64,000 nt of DNA. Source: Bdellovibrionales bacterium. Lineage in GTDB: Bacteria > Bdellovibrionota > Bdellovibrionia > Bdellovibrionales > UBA1609. Below the pieces are notes generated by a model that was not told where the DNA came from, made no database searches, and was given only the letters and a program-made list of their open reading frames with translations. The stretch's first letter is position 1; every line of letters starts with the position of its first letter. The translations under genes were made by a program, and so were the position numbers. The DNA lies in contig DAHVQG010000014.1 of NCBI GenBank assembly GCA_027317865.1, positions 12,645 through 76,644 on the forward strand. Reading direction: 5' to 3'. Below are positions 26,227-35,900 of this stretch, piece after piece.

Positions 26227-27084
26227 CTATGGTGCATTCGGATGGGCAGCTTCAAATTTTGCTTCGGCTCGCTCGTTCCAATTGATGACACCCCACTGCG
26301 CGTTTTCAAATGAATTTGTATAGTCAAAGCTTAACAACACCAAGCCACCTGCAGTTAATGCACCATCGGCCCAGGTGTAATTTTTGCTTTTGATTCCCGT
26401 ATATGTCGGAACAACGATCGCCAATGCTCCAAGAATTGCGGCAACAAGACGAATCGCTCCGCCTTTGTCATCTCCAACATAAAACTGGCCCATTCCCGGA
26501 ATTAGCGAACGGGCATCTGCAACACGTTTTGACTTCCATGGTATTTTCTCAGCTTCACGTGCATAGACCGCGAGTTTAGATTTCGGCGCTTCATGAATCA
26601 ACTCGTTGAATGCATCATTCGGATTTGTATGCGGAAAACCGGTCACTCCAACAGACCGGAGTGCCCAACCAAGCCGATAAAGAACTAGCGGTTGTAATTT
26701 GGAATTCGGATACCGGTTCAGAAATGATTCCCAAATTTGTACCGCAACATCGGGCGCGCGCACACGCAAACTAAACAAATCGAACGAACTTGCCAAAGAT
26801 TGAAATAACGGAAAATCAGTGGCCGCGGCCAAAACTTCAGCCGCGAGAGTTTTGTCTGAGCGAGGAGGTTGTTCAAAACGATAGCGGTAAAAACTCTCTG
26901 CTTGCATAAACATAGTACGTTCAGCCGAAGAAACCTTAATGCCATCCACGAGCACTTGTGTATGATGCAAGCGCTTTTGCGCCCGTAAATATGTTAGATC
27001 ATTCTTTTGAATCAAAATCGGCGGGCTCGCACAGCCAGCGACCATTACGACTGCAACTATAAATATAAAACACAGTTTGTTCAT
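26227..27084 (-). CDS. Lipoprotein with TPR-like helices and a C-terminal hydrophobic hairpin
   Basis: Lipobox VAGC; FLNRYPNSKL..LVLYRLGW; SLIPGMGQFYVG. Confidence 0.7.
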   Translation of the reverse strand: MNKLCFIFIVAVVMVAGCASPPILIQKNDLTYLRAQKRLHHTQVLVDGIKVSSAERTMFMQAESFYRYRFEQPPRSDKTLAAEVLAAATDFPLFQSLASSFDLFSLRVRAPDVAVQIWESFLNRYPNSKLQPLVLYRLGWALRSVGVTGFPHTNPNDAFNELIHEAPKSKLAVYAREAEKIPWKSKRVADARSLIPGMGQFYVGDDKGGAIRLVAAILGALAIVVPTYTGIKSKNYTWADGALTAGGLVLLSFDYTNSFENAQWGVINWNERAEAKFEAAHPNAP

Positions 27085-27133
27085 TCGCTCTTAAATTCGA
27101 CGATAAAAGCATGGACGAGGCAATATATTTAAA

Positions 27134-27631
27134 ATGACAAAAGCTTTTAAGCCGTCACTTTTGGTTAAACAAAATCGAGAGGTACTCTTTCGCGTTGGCA
27201 TACTGCTAAAGGGCTTTAATGGGTTTCTAGAAATATTAGGGGGTGTGGCGCTATTTTCCGTTGGACCGCAGTTTCTACTAAAAGTTGTAAGATATGTCAC
27301 ACAAGACGAAATTGCCGAAGACCCACACGATCTCGTTGCAAATTTTCTACGCCATATCGCAACTCATTTATCAATTTCTGGTGAACATTTATTCGGTCTA
27401 TTTCTTTTGATCGACGGTCTTGTTAACATTGGCCTCGTCGTAGCCCTTCTAAAGCGCATACGCATAGCTTATCCTATTGCAACAGCAATTTATGCGACGG
27501 TTTTTATTTACGAAATTTATCGTTTTATCATACACCCGAGTTTAGGACTGACCGCGCTTGCGACAATAGATCTTATCGTGATCGCTTTGGTTTTGTTTGA
27601 ATATCACGCGATATCAAGTCATGACACTTAA
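27134..27631 (+). CDS. DUF2127-like membrane protein
   Basis: LLKG..G.LEILGG, E..EDPHD..AN, AYP.A, D..VI.L...EY. Confidence 0.8.
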   Translation: MTKAFKPSLLVKQNREVLFRVGILLKGFNGFLEILGGVALFSVGPQFLLKVVRYVTQDEIAEDPHDLVANFLRHIATHLSISGEHLFGLFLLIDGLVNIGLVVALLKRIRIAYPIATAIYATVFIYEIYRFIIHPSLGLTALATIDLIVIALVLFEYHAISSHDT

Positions 27632-27680
27632 GCCTATGCCGGCAAATATGTTGTGCCGGCACAGTCCACCCAAATATATT

Positions 27681-28268
27681 TTATTGATTTAGGAACTTGA
27701 TCTGCAAAATAGGATGTATCTCGATGCCGTTTCGCGCAGCTCCCCCGGCATGCGGAATATCGAAAAAACCAACTCCCGTGATTGACGCCGGAATGTTAAC
27801 TCGCTCGCTGCCGCTCCAATTTTGTGTCACATATGATCTTGCGGCCTGAATCAGGGGCAAAAATGGGCTTGATGATCCCACACATGAAGGACTAGGAATT
27901 TCAGTGTCCATCGTATTTCCTGATGAATCTCTGACAACTAAATGAATGTCGTCATCGGCCTCACGGCGAATCTCATAAATAGTGGCATGAATGTTAAATA
28001 CAGTATCTTCGGTCGGCGCGATTCGCGAGCTTTGGGGGTAGGCGTTCCATGTTGGTCGTCGAACCGGCAGAGGTATAGAAGTAAGACTCGCGATTGAAGA
28101 CTGTACTATGTTGTTGACGTCGATTTGTTGCGCATCTTGATCAGTACCGGTTTTCACCGACCAACGCCACTTTCCGCAGGCCCAAGTATTATTCGAAAAT
28201 GCGATAATGCTAAAACTTGCGATGAATAAAACTGCAAGCTGACAGACCCATACTTTAATCCTTCTCAT
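27681..28268 (-). CDS. Secreted putative OB-fold protein
   Basis: GGAGG SD; signal peptide; CGKWRWSVKTGTD, E.D.DIHLV, EIP.P.C, TGVGFFD..H, EIHPI. Confidence 0.75.
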   Translation of the reverse strand: MRRIKVWVCQLAVLFIASFSIIAFSNNTWACGKWRWSVKTGTDQDAQQIDVNNIVQSSIASLTSIPLPVRRPTWNAYPQSSRIAPTEDTVFNIHATIYEIRREADDDIHLVVRDSSGNTMDTEIPSPSCVGSSSPFLPLIQAARSYVTQNWSGSERVNIPASITGVGFFDIPHAGGAARNGIEIHPILQIKFLNQ

Positions 28269-28754
28269 GACCCCTCCTTGCGCGTGGAACGCGTCTTTAG
28301 GCTTGATCATCCCGAGAAAGATTTTGGTTTGTCCAGAGTCAGAAATGTTACTTTCAATACGAAGGTCTAGGTTTCTAACAAACAGCTAACATGTCAAAAG
28401 TGAGAAGTTTAACTGCTAGCCCAGCTGAGTGGCGCCGAACTGCTTTTCGGCTCTATCTGGCAAATGGGTGGCTGCGTAACAATGCGTGGTTCTAAATGGT
28501 CCGCTCGTTGCCGCAGCGTTCGGAAAAAATAGACTTCCTACTTTTCCTGTGCAGCTCTCTCACACATTATCTTAACCATCAGGATTTCGCTACAACTCGG
28601 CGAAGTCGATTTCTACCGCTGGAAATATCGCCGATGAACCCGTCACCAATCTCATCGCGTGGTAGCAATCCTACGCGGTCTTAAATAGTGAAATATCATT
28701 GACAGACCGTCGTGCCTTAGATGAACTATTTACCTTTATAAGGAGAATTAGTTT

Positions 28755-28970
28755 ATGCGCAGGCGCTATATCAAATCGAGTTTGCCTCGTCGAAAATACA
28801 AAGTGACGTACATTCTCAAATCGGCTAACCCTCCGGGGGAGGAAAAAATCTTCGATACTCTCGAAGACGCTACGGTATTCAGAAATAACCTTGTCGAAAC
28901 TGGTAAGTATATCGTCTCGAAGGTTGAACCTACTATACATGTTGGGGTCGCCAATTCTGAAGAGGAGTAG
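28755..28970 (+). CDS. Hypothetical 71-aa protein
   Basis: AAGGAG SD; 2-nt gap to the next ORF. Confidence 0.55.
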   Translation: MRRRYIKSSLPRRKYKVTYILKSANPPGEEKIFDTLEDATVFRNNLVETGKYIVSKVEPTIHVGVANSEEE

Positions 28971-28972
28971 CC

Positions 28973-29179
28973 ATGGTAACAGTAAGCGGACAGTTTGCGG
29001 ATGTCGCGGCGGCCGTTAGGGGCAGCATTTATATTAAAAATCAATTCAAAGACAATTCGAAAGTCAAAGTGTTGCCGGTGGCCGAAAACTACCTTCTGGT
29101 CGATTGTCCCTCTGATCATGTTGACGTCGTGGCCGCTGCCCTTGAAGAGGCTGGTGCCATTGATGTTCAAACAACTTAA
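28973..29179 (+). CDS. Hypothetical 68-aa protein, possibly ferredoxin-like fold
   Basis: GAGGAG SD inside the upstream ORF; ends LLVDCPSDHVDVVAAALEEAGAIDV. Confidence 0.6.
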   Translation: MVTVSGQFADVAAAVRGSIYIKNQFKDNSKVKVLPVAENYLLVDCPSDHVDVVAAALEEAGAIDVQTT

Positions 29180-29385
29180 GGTTGAGTGATCAACAACCAA
29201 GAAATTTAAGAATCTCATACAAATCACCGAAATCGTCCTTACAAACAAAACTGCAGATCGTTTGTGAGTTTAATGCTTTGTGACGGCGAGTTGTTGTTCG
29301 CTGCGTTGCTGCCTTGTTGGCGCAAGTATGTGGAATCTACGTTTAAAAAAGAATTCTCACTGCATGTCCTGTGCACGCCGCCCTA

Positions 29386-29928
29386 TCACTCATACCTAAA
29401 TTTGGCTATGATTTCTGTGCCTCCGATGGCGGTTGCGACAGCCCCCAAAGACCAAAACACAAACCATGTCCATGCCAAGTTTGAACCGCCTAATAAAAAT
29501 ACAACTTCAGAAATCAAGACAATCGGAACAAACTGAGCCCACTTTGCGCGACGAAGAAGTTTAAATTCTTCTGGGAGCATGACGAGCCAAGCGACTAAAA
29601 TCGTGCCTACGAAAAAAAATGACCCGCATAATGCAGCACACATAGGGTCACCCAATTTTCGAAACCACAACATAAGACCAAGCCCCCCGGTTGGCGTGAT
29701 CCCGAACTGCGGGCAACCAAACAAAGAAATTAACCCGACGAATACATGAATTAGAACAAGCTTTGCAAAAACCCGTGAAGCCTTCGGGTTTGCATCGGGC
29801 TTCACACATTCATAGCTTTTGCAATCGCACATAATACATTCACAAACTTTTTGCGTAAGCTCAGGCGGTGGCTCAACATGAGCATTTAAAAACTGCTCGA
29901 ATTCCGTCTTTGACGAGTCGTATTTCAT
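29386..29928 (-). CDS. Putative membrane anti-sigma factor, Cys/His/Met-rich
   Basis: ATGA overlap with the ECF gene; CECIMCDC..YEC, H-x10-CPQFG, MCAALCG; about four TM helices. Confidence 0.7.
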   Translation of the reverse strand: MKYDSSKTEFEQFLNAHVEPPPELTQKVCECIMCDCKSYECVKPDANPKASRVFAKLVLIHVFVGLISLFGCPQFGITPTGGLGLMLWFRKLGDPMCAALCGSFFFVGTILVAWLVMLPEEFKLLRRAKWAQFVPIVLISEVVFLLGGSNLAWTWFVFWSLGAVATAIGGTEIIAKFRYE

Positions 29929-30518
29929 TTGCTAAATCCACTTTTCAGCTTACGAAGTGCCCGGCTTACAATTTGCCGTGTATTCGATTCGGTCGTGTTG
30001 AGTTCCTTCGCAATATTGAAAAACGAATTTTCGTTTAAATATCGCGATTCGACCGCCGTCCGTTCACGATCCGACAGAGTGCCAAGTCGGGCCTTCATTT
30101 CTGTTTCAAGCAGCGATGTGCCCTTGATCGCCGTAGCAGAATCGGCTGCGATATCAGACGAATAATCGGCCGCCGCGGCTGGAATTAAAGTCTCGACCGT
30201 ACTGTCGCCATGAGCCACTCCATCCAAATACACATTATCAACTGATCGCGACCGTTGCTTGAAAAAATCAGCCATTACAGTTCGGATTATCGAAAAAATC
30301 CATGGAGCAAACGGCAGCTCAGTCTTGTAAGTTCCACGGCTTTTATGTAATTTCATAAAAATCTGCTGGAACAGATCATCGCCCTGGGCACGGTTTTTCA
30401 CGCGCGGTAAAATATAACCATAAACCCGGGGCGCGTAACGCTTGTACAATTCCAAAAACGCTCCTTGATCGCCATTTTGATAGGCTCGCATCAAATCTTC
30501 GTCCGAGATCTTGTCCAT
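29925..30518 (-). CDS. ECF sigma factor
   Basis: SDEDLM..YQ.GD..AF..LY.RY, DDLFQ.IF.KLH, W.F.I.R; region 4 ESNTRQIVSRALRKL. Confidence 0.92.
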   Translation of the reverse strand: MDKISDEDLMRAYQNGDQGAFLELYKRYAPRVYGYILPRVKNRAQGDDLFQQIFMKLHKSRGTYKTELPFAPWIFSIIRTVMADFFKQRSRSVDNVYLDGVAHGDSTVETLIPAAAADYSSDIAADSATAIKGTSLLETEMKARLGTLSDRERTAVESRYLNENSFFNIAKELNTTESNTRQIVSRALRKLKSGFSK

Positions 30519-30525
30519 TAAGGGT

Positions 30526-30552
30526 TACGGCTCCAGAGTTATTTTTGTGACA
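30526..30552 (-). promoter_or_regulatory. Putative ECF autoregulatory promoter (leaderless)
   Basis: Minus strand TGTCACA-N16-CGTA, with -10 element 7 nt upstream of the ECF ATG. Confidence 0.6.
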
Positions 30553-30581
30553 ACGACTTGAAGAAAATATTTTCGAAGGGA

Positions 30582-30607
30582 TGTCACAAAATTCATATCA
30601 AACAGTA
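30582..30607 (+). promoter_or_regulatory. Putative ECF-dependent promoter of the cus operon
   Basis: TGTCACA-N15-AGTA; shares TGTCACAAAA with the divergent promoter. Confidence 0.5.
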
Positions 30608-30645
30608 TTTCACTATACGCTGACCGCAATGGGAGGTCCAGATTT

Positions 30646-31911
30646 ATGCGTTTTCAAACGCAATTCCTAAGTATTTTATGTGGCTTAACTCTTGCGTTTA
30701 TTGCCCAAGTGTCTCAGGCTGGCACGCTGACGCTCGACAAGGCAATAAGCCAGGCTATCTCGGCAAATCCTCAAATCGCCGCCGCATCAGCTGAAGCCCA
30801 TGCCGAACACGAAGCCATTAAATCGAACTATTCGCTCGACAATCCGACGGTTGGCTTTTCTACCAGCCACAATATGGGTTTGATGCAAGTTCAAATGGGA
30901 CCAATGAAGGTCTGGTCAGTCAGCCAAAAATTTAAATTCCCAACTGAATATTTTCTTAGCGGCAAAGCCCAGACCGAAAGGGCCAAAGCTGCCGAGCAAC
31001 AGTATTTGGCGAAAATGCTTGAAGTGAGACGCGAACTGATCACCCGCTATTATCGTCTTTTTGCGGTGAATCAGATCCTGGCATTACTCAAAGCACAGCG
31101 TGAAACGTTGCAAGAAGTGGCTCGAAGCGCCGAAGCCCGCCATGCAGTTGGCACCGTTCCTCAACAAGATGAACTCAAGGCGACCGAAGAACAAACGATG
31201 GTCGACGCCGAACTGATTTCAGAAAAAGAAAAACAAACCGCCGACGAAGCAAAACTCAATTCGATAATGGCAAAACCCGCGAACGCGCCGATACAACTGC
31301 CGAGCGATGATCTGCCGGTTCCTGAACTTACGGTATCGCCGACACAAGTTGAACAAATGGCGAAAACCGACTCACGTGAGATAAAGGCCGCGCAATTTTC
31401 AGTAAGTTCAGCGGCAACAGCAAAAACCCTTAGCGCATGGAAATACGCTCCCAACTTCACAGTTTCATATCATCAAGCCTATGACACAAATATAAATGCG
31501 TATTCTTTTGGCATCGGAGTTTCAATACCACTTTGGTTTTTTGCAAAACAAAATGGCGATTACGAAGCGGCGTCAGCGCGGGCCGTGCGTGCGCAAGCGA
31601 ATCTTGAAAATCTCCGTCTTGCAACTTCTAGCGAAGTTCGATCATTAGTGTTCGATGTAACGTCTCACGCGCAACTTCTAAAAATTTACAAAACATCGTT
31701 GATACCACAGGCCTCAACCACGTTGAGCTCTTCACGAAGCGCCTATCGCGCCGGTCGTACTCAATTTTTGGAACTACTCGACAGCGAGCGATCTCTCTAC
31801 GCAGTACGAGTCGGCTACTATCAAACGCTCTCTCAATACATTGATGACTTGGCAAAACTTGAGTCCATTGTTTGCCACTCGGTGAGTACACTCCCGAAGG
31901 AGGGTATGTGA
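30646..31911 (+). CDS. TolC-family outer-membrane efflux channel (CusC/CzcC-like)
   Basis: Signal peptide; LTLDKAI..A...NP, SIPLWF, AYRAGRTQFLELLDS; Met-rich loop NMGLMQVQMGPM. Confidence 0.88.
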   Translation: MRFQTQFLSILCGLTLAFIAQVSQAGTLTLDKAISQAISANPQIAAASAEAHAEHEAIKSNYSLDNPTVGFSTSHNMGLMQVQMGPMKVWSVSQKFKFPTEYFLSGKAQTERAKAAEQQYLAKMLEVRRELITRYYRLFAVNQILALLKAQRETLQEVARSAEARHAVGTVPQQDELKATEEQTMVDAELISEKEKQTADEAKLNSIMAKPANAPIQLPSDDLPVPELTVSPTQVEQMAKTDSREIKAAQFSVSSAATAKTLSAWKYAPNFTVSYHQAYDTNINAYSFGIGVSIPLWFFAKQNGDYEAASARAVRAQANLENLRLATSSEVRSLVFDVTSHAQLLKIYKTSLIPQASTTLSSSRSAYRAGRTQFLELLDSERSLYAVRVGYYQTLSQYIDDLAKLESIVCHSVSTLPKEGM

Positions 31912-32960
31912 ATAAAACTGCAATTTTTGTGTCTTTTATCTTTTTATTGCTAGTCGGTTTGTTTGGTCTAACAAAAAAGGGTCATGCGGCCATGTCGATG
32001 ACTAACAACTCAGGAAAAACGATAATGCCGATGCATAAGTTGTCGATGCCAATGCCGACGCAAAAGACAACAGAGCCGTCAGGTCACGCCCCCTTTCATT
32101 TGTCGCCTAACGCGCAACAGCTAATCGGCGTTAAAATCGGTTGGGTGATCAAGCGAGATTTAAATAAAAACATAGATGCCGCTGGGCGCATCGCCTATGA
32201 CCCTGAGCTATATACGGCGCAAACCGAATATATCGAGGCCTTGCAGGAACTTGAACAAGTTAAAAATTCACCACTCTCTGAGGTGAAAGAGTCGGCGCGC
32301 CAAATGGTAAATTCAGCTCGACTGCGACTCAAAATATTAGGTTTGTCAGATCGGCAAATCGCGCACCTACATAGCAGAAGTGCTGAAACCTCGAACTTAC
32401 TTCTGACGAAACCGCATCAACATGTTTGGGTTTATGCTGACATTTTCGAGATGGATCTACCATATGTAAAACCAGGCGAGCGCGCAGACATATCGGCTGA
32501 TTTTTTAGAAGGCAAAACTTTGATTGGAAAAGTTATATCGGTAGATCGTGTGATTGATACAAAATCACGCACAGCGCGGGCTCGAATTCTGGTAAATGAA
32601 GGCACAAGTTATTTGCGCCCCGGCTCATACGTCAACGTAACTATTCACGATCCAACTGGAGACCAAGTTGTTGTACCGTTTGATGCCATTTTAAACACTG
32701 GCAAAGCGGCTTGGGTTTTCGTTGTCAAAAGGCCCGGAATTTTCATTCCGCGAAAAGTAGGAATAAAATTTTATGACGGCAACAATGTTGCAATTGCTAG
32801 TGGTTTGACGAGTGGCGAGAACATTGTAACAAGTGCGAATTTTCTAATCGACTCGGAATCGCGGCTCAAAGCAAGCGAGTTTAGCCGTGCTTCGCAAACG
32901 CCATCGTGTCCGAAAAATCAGCATTGGGATACGGCAATGACCATGTGTATGCCAAACTAG
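31908..32960 (+). CDS. cusB: Efflux RND periplasmic adaptor (CusB-like)
   Basis: PELYTAQ.EY, ARLRL..LG, VWV.ADIFE.D, LRPG, ANFLIDSES; Met-rich N- and C-termini. Confidence 0.85.
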   Translation: MNKTAIFVSFIFLLLVGLFGLTKKGHAAMSMTNNSGKTIMPMHKLSMPMPTQKTTEPSGHAPFHLSPNAQQLIGVKIGWVIKRDLNKNIDAAGRIAYDPELYTAQTEYIEALQELEQVKNSPLSEVKESARQMVNSARLRLKILGLSDRQIAHLHSRSAETSNLLLTKPHQHVWVYADIFEMDLPYVKPGERADISADFLEGKTLIGKVISVDRVIDTKSRTARARILVNEGTSYLRPGSYVNVTIHDPTGDQVVVPFDAILNTGKAAWVFVVKRPGIFIPRKVGIKFYDGNNVAIASGLTSGENIVTSANFLIDSESRLKASEFSRASQTPSCPKNQHWDTAMTMCMPN

Positions 32961-32976
32961 CAGGAGTGCAAAAGTC

Positions 32977-35900
32977 GTGATTGATAAAATCATCGAATTT
33001 TCAGCGCGAAACCGATTTTTGATATTCCTCCTCGTAATAATGGCAACAGTGGCCGGTTGGTTTTCGCTCAAAAATTTGCCGATCGATGCGCTGCCTGATT
33101 TATCGGACACACAAGTGATCATTTACACAAAATGGGATCGCCCGCCCGGCATAATCGAAGATCAGGTTACCTATCCTATAATCAGTGCTATGCTTGGCGC
33201 TCCTAGAGTAACGGACATACGCGGAATTTCAACTTTTGGAACATCGTATGTTTACGTAACTTTTAAAGACGGTACAGATCCTTATTGGGCCCGCTCACGA
33301 ACACTCGAATATTTATCGAAAATTTCGGCTGAGTTACCCGCAAACGTTCATCCTGAACTTGGTCCAGACGCCACGGGAGTCGGTTGGGTCTATGAATATG
33401 CGCTTGTTGATAAATCAGGTAAACATTCGCTCGCTGATCTTCGCACACTTCAAGACTGGGACTTGCGCTATCAATTGGAATCTGTTCCCGGAGTTGCTGA
33501 AGTCGCGGCAATTGGCGGATATCAACTTCAATATCAAGTGAAACTTAATCCGAACGCGCTTTATTCATATCATATCCCGATAGAACAAGTCGTTCATGCC
33601 ATTCAGCAAAACAACAATGAAGTCGGGGCACGAGTTCTCGAAATATCAGGAGCCGAGTACATGATTCGCGGCCGCGGTTACATCAAAAACCGCCACGATC
33701 TTGATAATACGATTTTAGCCTATAAAAATGGCACTCCCATTTATATTAAAGACGTCGGCACTGTTACATTTGGACCTGAAATGCGCCGCGGAGTAGCCGA
33801 TTACGACGGTGAGGGCGACGCGGTTGGCGGCATTGTGATTATGCGCTACGGGGCCAATGCCGAACATGTTATTGCCGCCGTCAAAAAAAAGTTAAACGAG
33901 ATCAAGAAGACACTCCCAAAAGGTGTTCGAATTGTTACAACCTATGACCGCTCAGATCTCATTCATCGCGCAATTAATACTTTAAAACACGAATTAAAAC
34001 TCGAAATATTTGTCGTTTGTCTTGTCATTATCGCTTTTCTATTGCACTTGCCGAGCGCCATTGTTCCCATTGTAATTTTGCCGCTCGCAGTATTGATCAG
34101 TTTTGTTCCGATGTACGAACTACACGTTTCAGCCAATATTATGAGCCTTGGCGGTATAGCAATTGCCATCGGAGCGATGGTCGATGCCGCCATAGTTGTC
34201 GTAGAGAACGTTTACAAACACATCGAACATTTTGAAAGCTCAGATAAAGTCATCATTCACGCAATCAAAGAAGTTGGCCCCTCTAGTTTTTATTCGCTTC
34301 TCGTAATTGCGGTTTCATTTTTGCCCATTTTTGCTTTGAAAGGACAAGAAGGCCGACTTTTTAAGCCGCTTGCCTACACTAAAAATATATCGATGTTTGT
34401 CGCAGCCGTTCTTAGTATCACCCTTGCGCCGGCGCTTCTTTTGGCACTTTCACGTATTAGAAAACTTAAAATATTTGGATACCCTATTGGCGAAAAGATC
34501 AGTCAAACACGCCCTGAAGAAAACCATCCCATCAGCAGGGCATTGTTTCGTTTTTACGGGCCAGTTGTGCATTGGGCTGTCGATCACCGCAAACAAGTGC
34601 TTTTCGGCGCTCTCACGATTTTACTTTTGACAATTCCCGCCTATTTGAAACTCGGTTCAGAATTTATGCCGCCCCTTAACGAAGGCACAATTCTCTACAT
34701 GCCCGAGACCCTCCCGGGAATTTCAATCGCGTCCGCACAAAATCTTCTTGAACGGGAGGATCAAGTCCTGATGTCGTTTCCGGAGGTTAAGCGTGTTTTT
34801 GGCAAATCGGGCCATGCCGACACGGCGACAGACCCCGCTCCGCTGTCGATGACAGAAACGACAATTATGCTCAAACCCCGAAATGAATGGCCGTCGCAAA
34901 TGACCTGGAAGAAACTCATCGCGCAAATGGATGCCAAAATGAATTTTGCCGGAGTAACGAATTCGTGGACGATGCCGATCAAAAATCGAGTCGACATGCT
35001 CACAACGGGCATTCGCACTCCTGTGGGAATTAAAATCTTCGGCGACAACCTTAAGCAAATTCAAAAAATCGGTGTTGAGCTCGTTCCAGTTCTTCAAAAA
35101 GTTCGCGGGACTCGAAGCGTGTTTGCCGAAAGAAGTACCGGTGGGTATTATCTTGATTTCGACTTTAATCGTGAGCGTCTGGCCCGGTACGGGCTCAACA
35201 TCGCGCAAGCACAAAATGCTTTGATGACAGCTGTCGGCGGAAAAGATATTTCACAGACAATTCAAGGCCGCGAGCGTTTTCCAATTAATGTGCGCTATTT
35301 TGCTGACTATCGAAGTAATATCAATTCTCTTCGGCATGTACTAATTGCCACGCCTTCGGGGGCGCAAATTCCGATGGGTGAAGTGGCCAATATCAGAATG
35401 GTGAGCGGTCCGGATATGATTCGCGACGAAAACGGGCGGCTTGCGAGTTACGTTTATATCGATGTTACGGGGCGCGATATCGGTCGATATGTAGCAGCGG
35501 CAAAAAGGGCAATCAGCAAACATTTGAAATTACCAACCGGGATGACCATAGAGTGGGCCGGTGAGTATCAAAATATGTCTCGCGCAGATAAAACTCTTAA
35601 AGTTGTTCTGCCGCTGACCCTTCTTGTTGTCATTTTACTGTTATTCGCCAACACGAAATCATGGGCAAAAACAACGATTATATTAATGGCGGTTCCGTTT
35701 TCAGCAGTCGGGGCTGTGTGGCTTCTTTTTCTCCTTCATTACAATATGAGTGTCGCAGTTTGGGTCGGGTTAATTGCGCTTCTCGGTGTAGACGCCGAAA
35801 CCGGAATTTTTATGCTTCTCTACCTCGATCTTGCCTATAATGCCGCTTATCAAAAGGCGAATCATGAAGGCCGATTGCTGTCCTTTGAAGAATTACGAGA

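Noticed and set aside
28766-29248. 160-aa minus-strand ORF
   Set aside because: Antisense to two plus-strand ORFs that both have strong SD sequences
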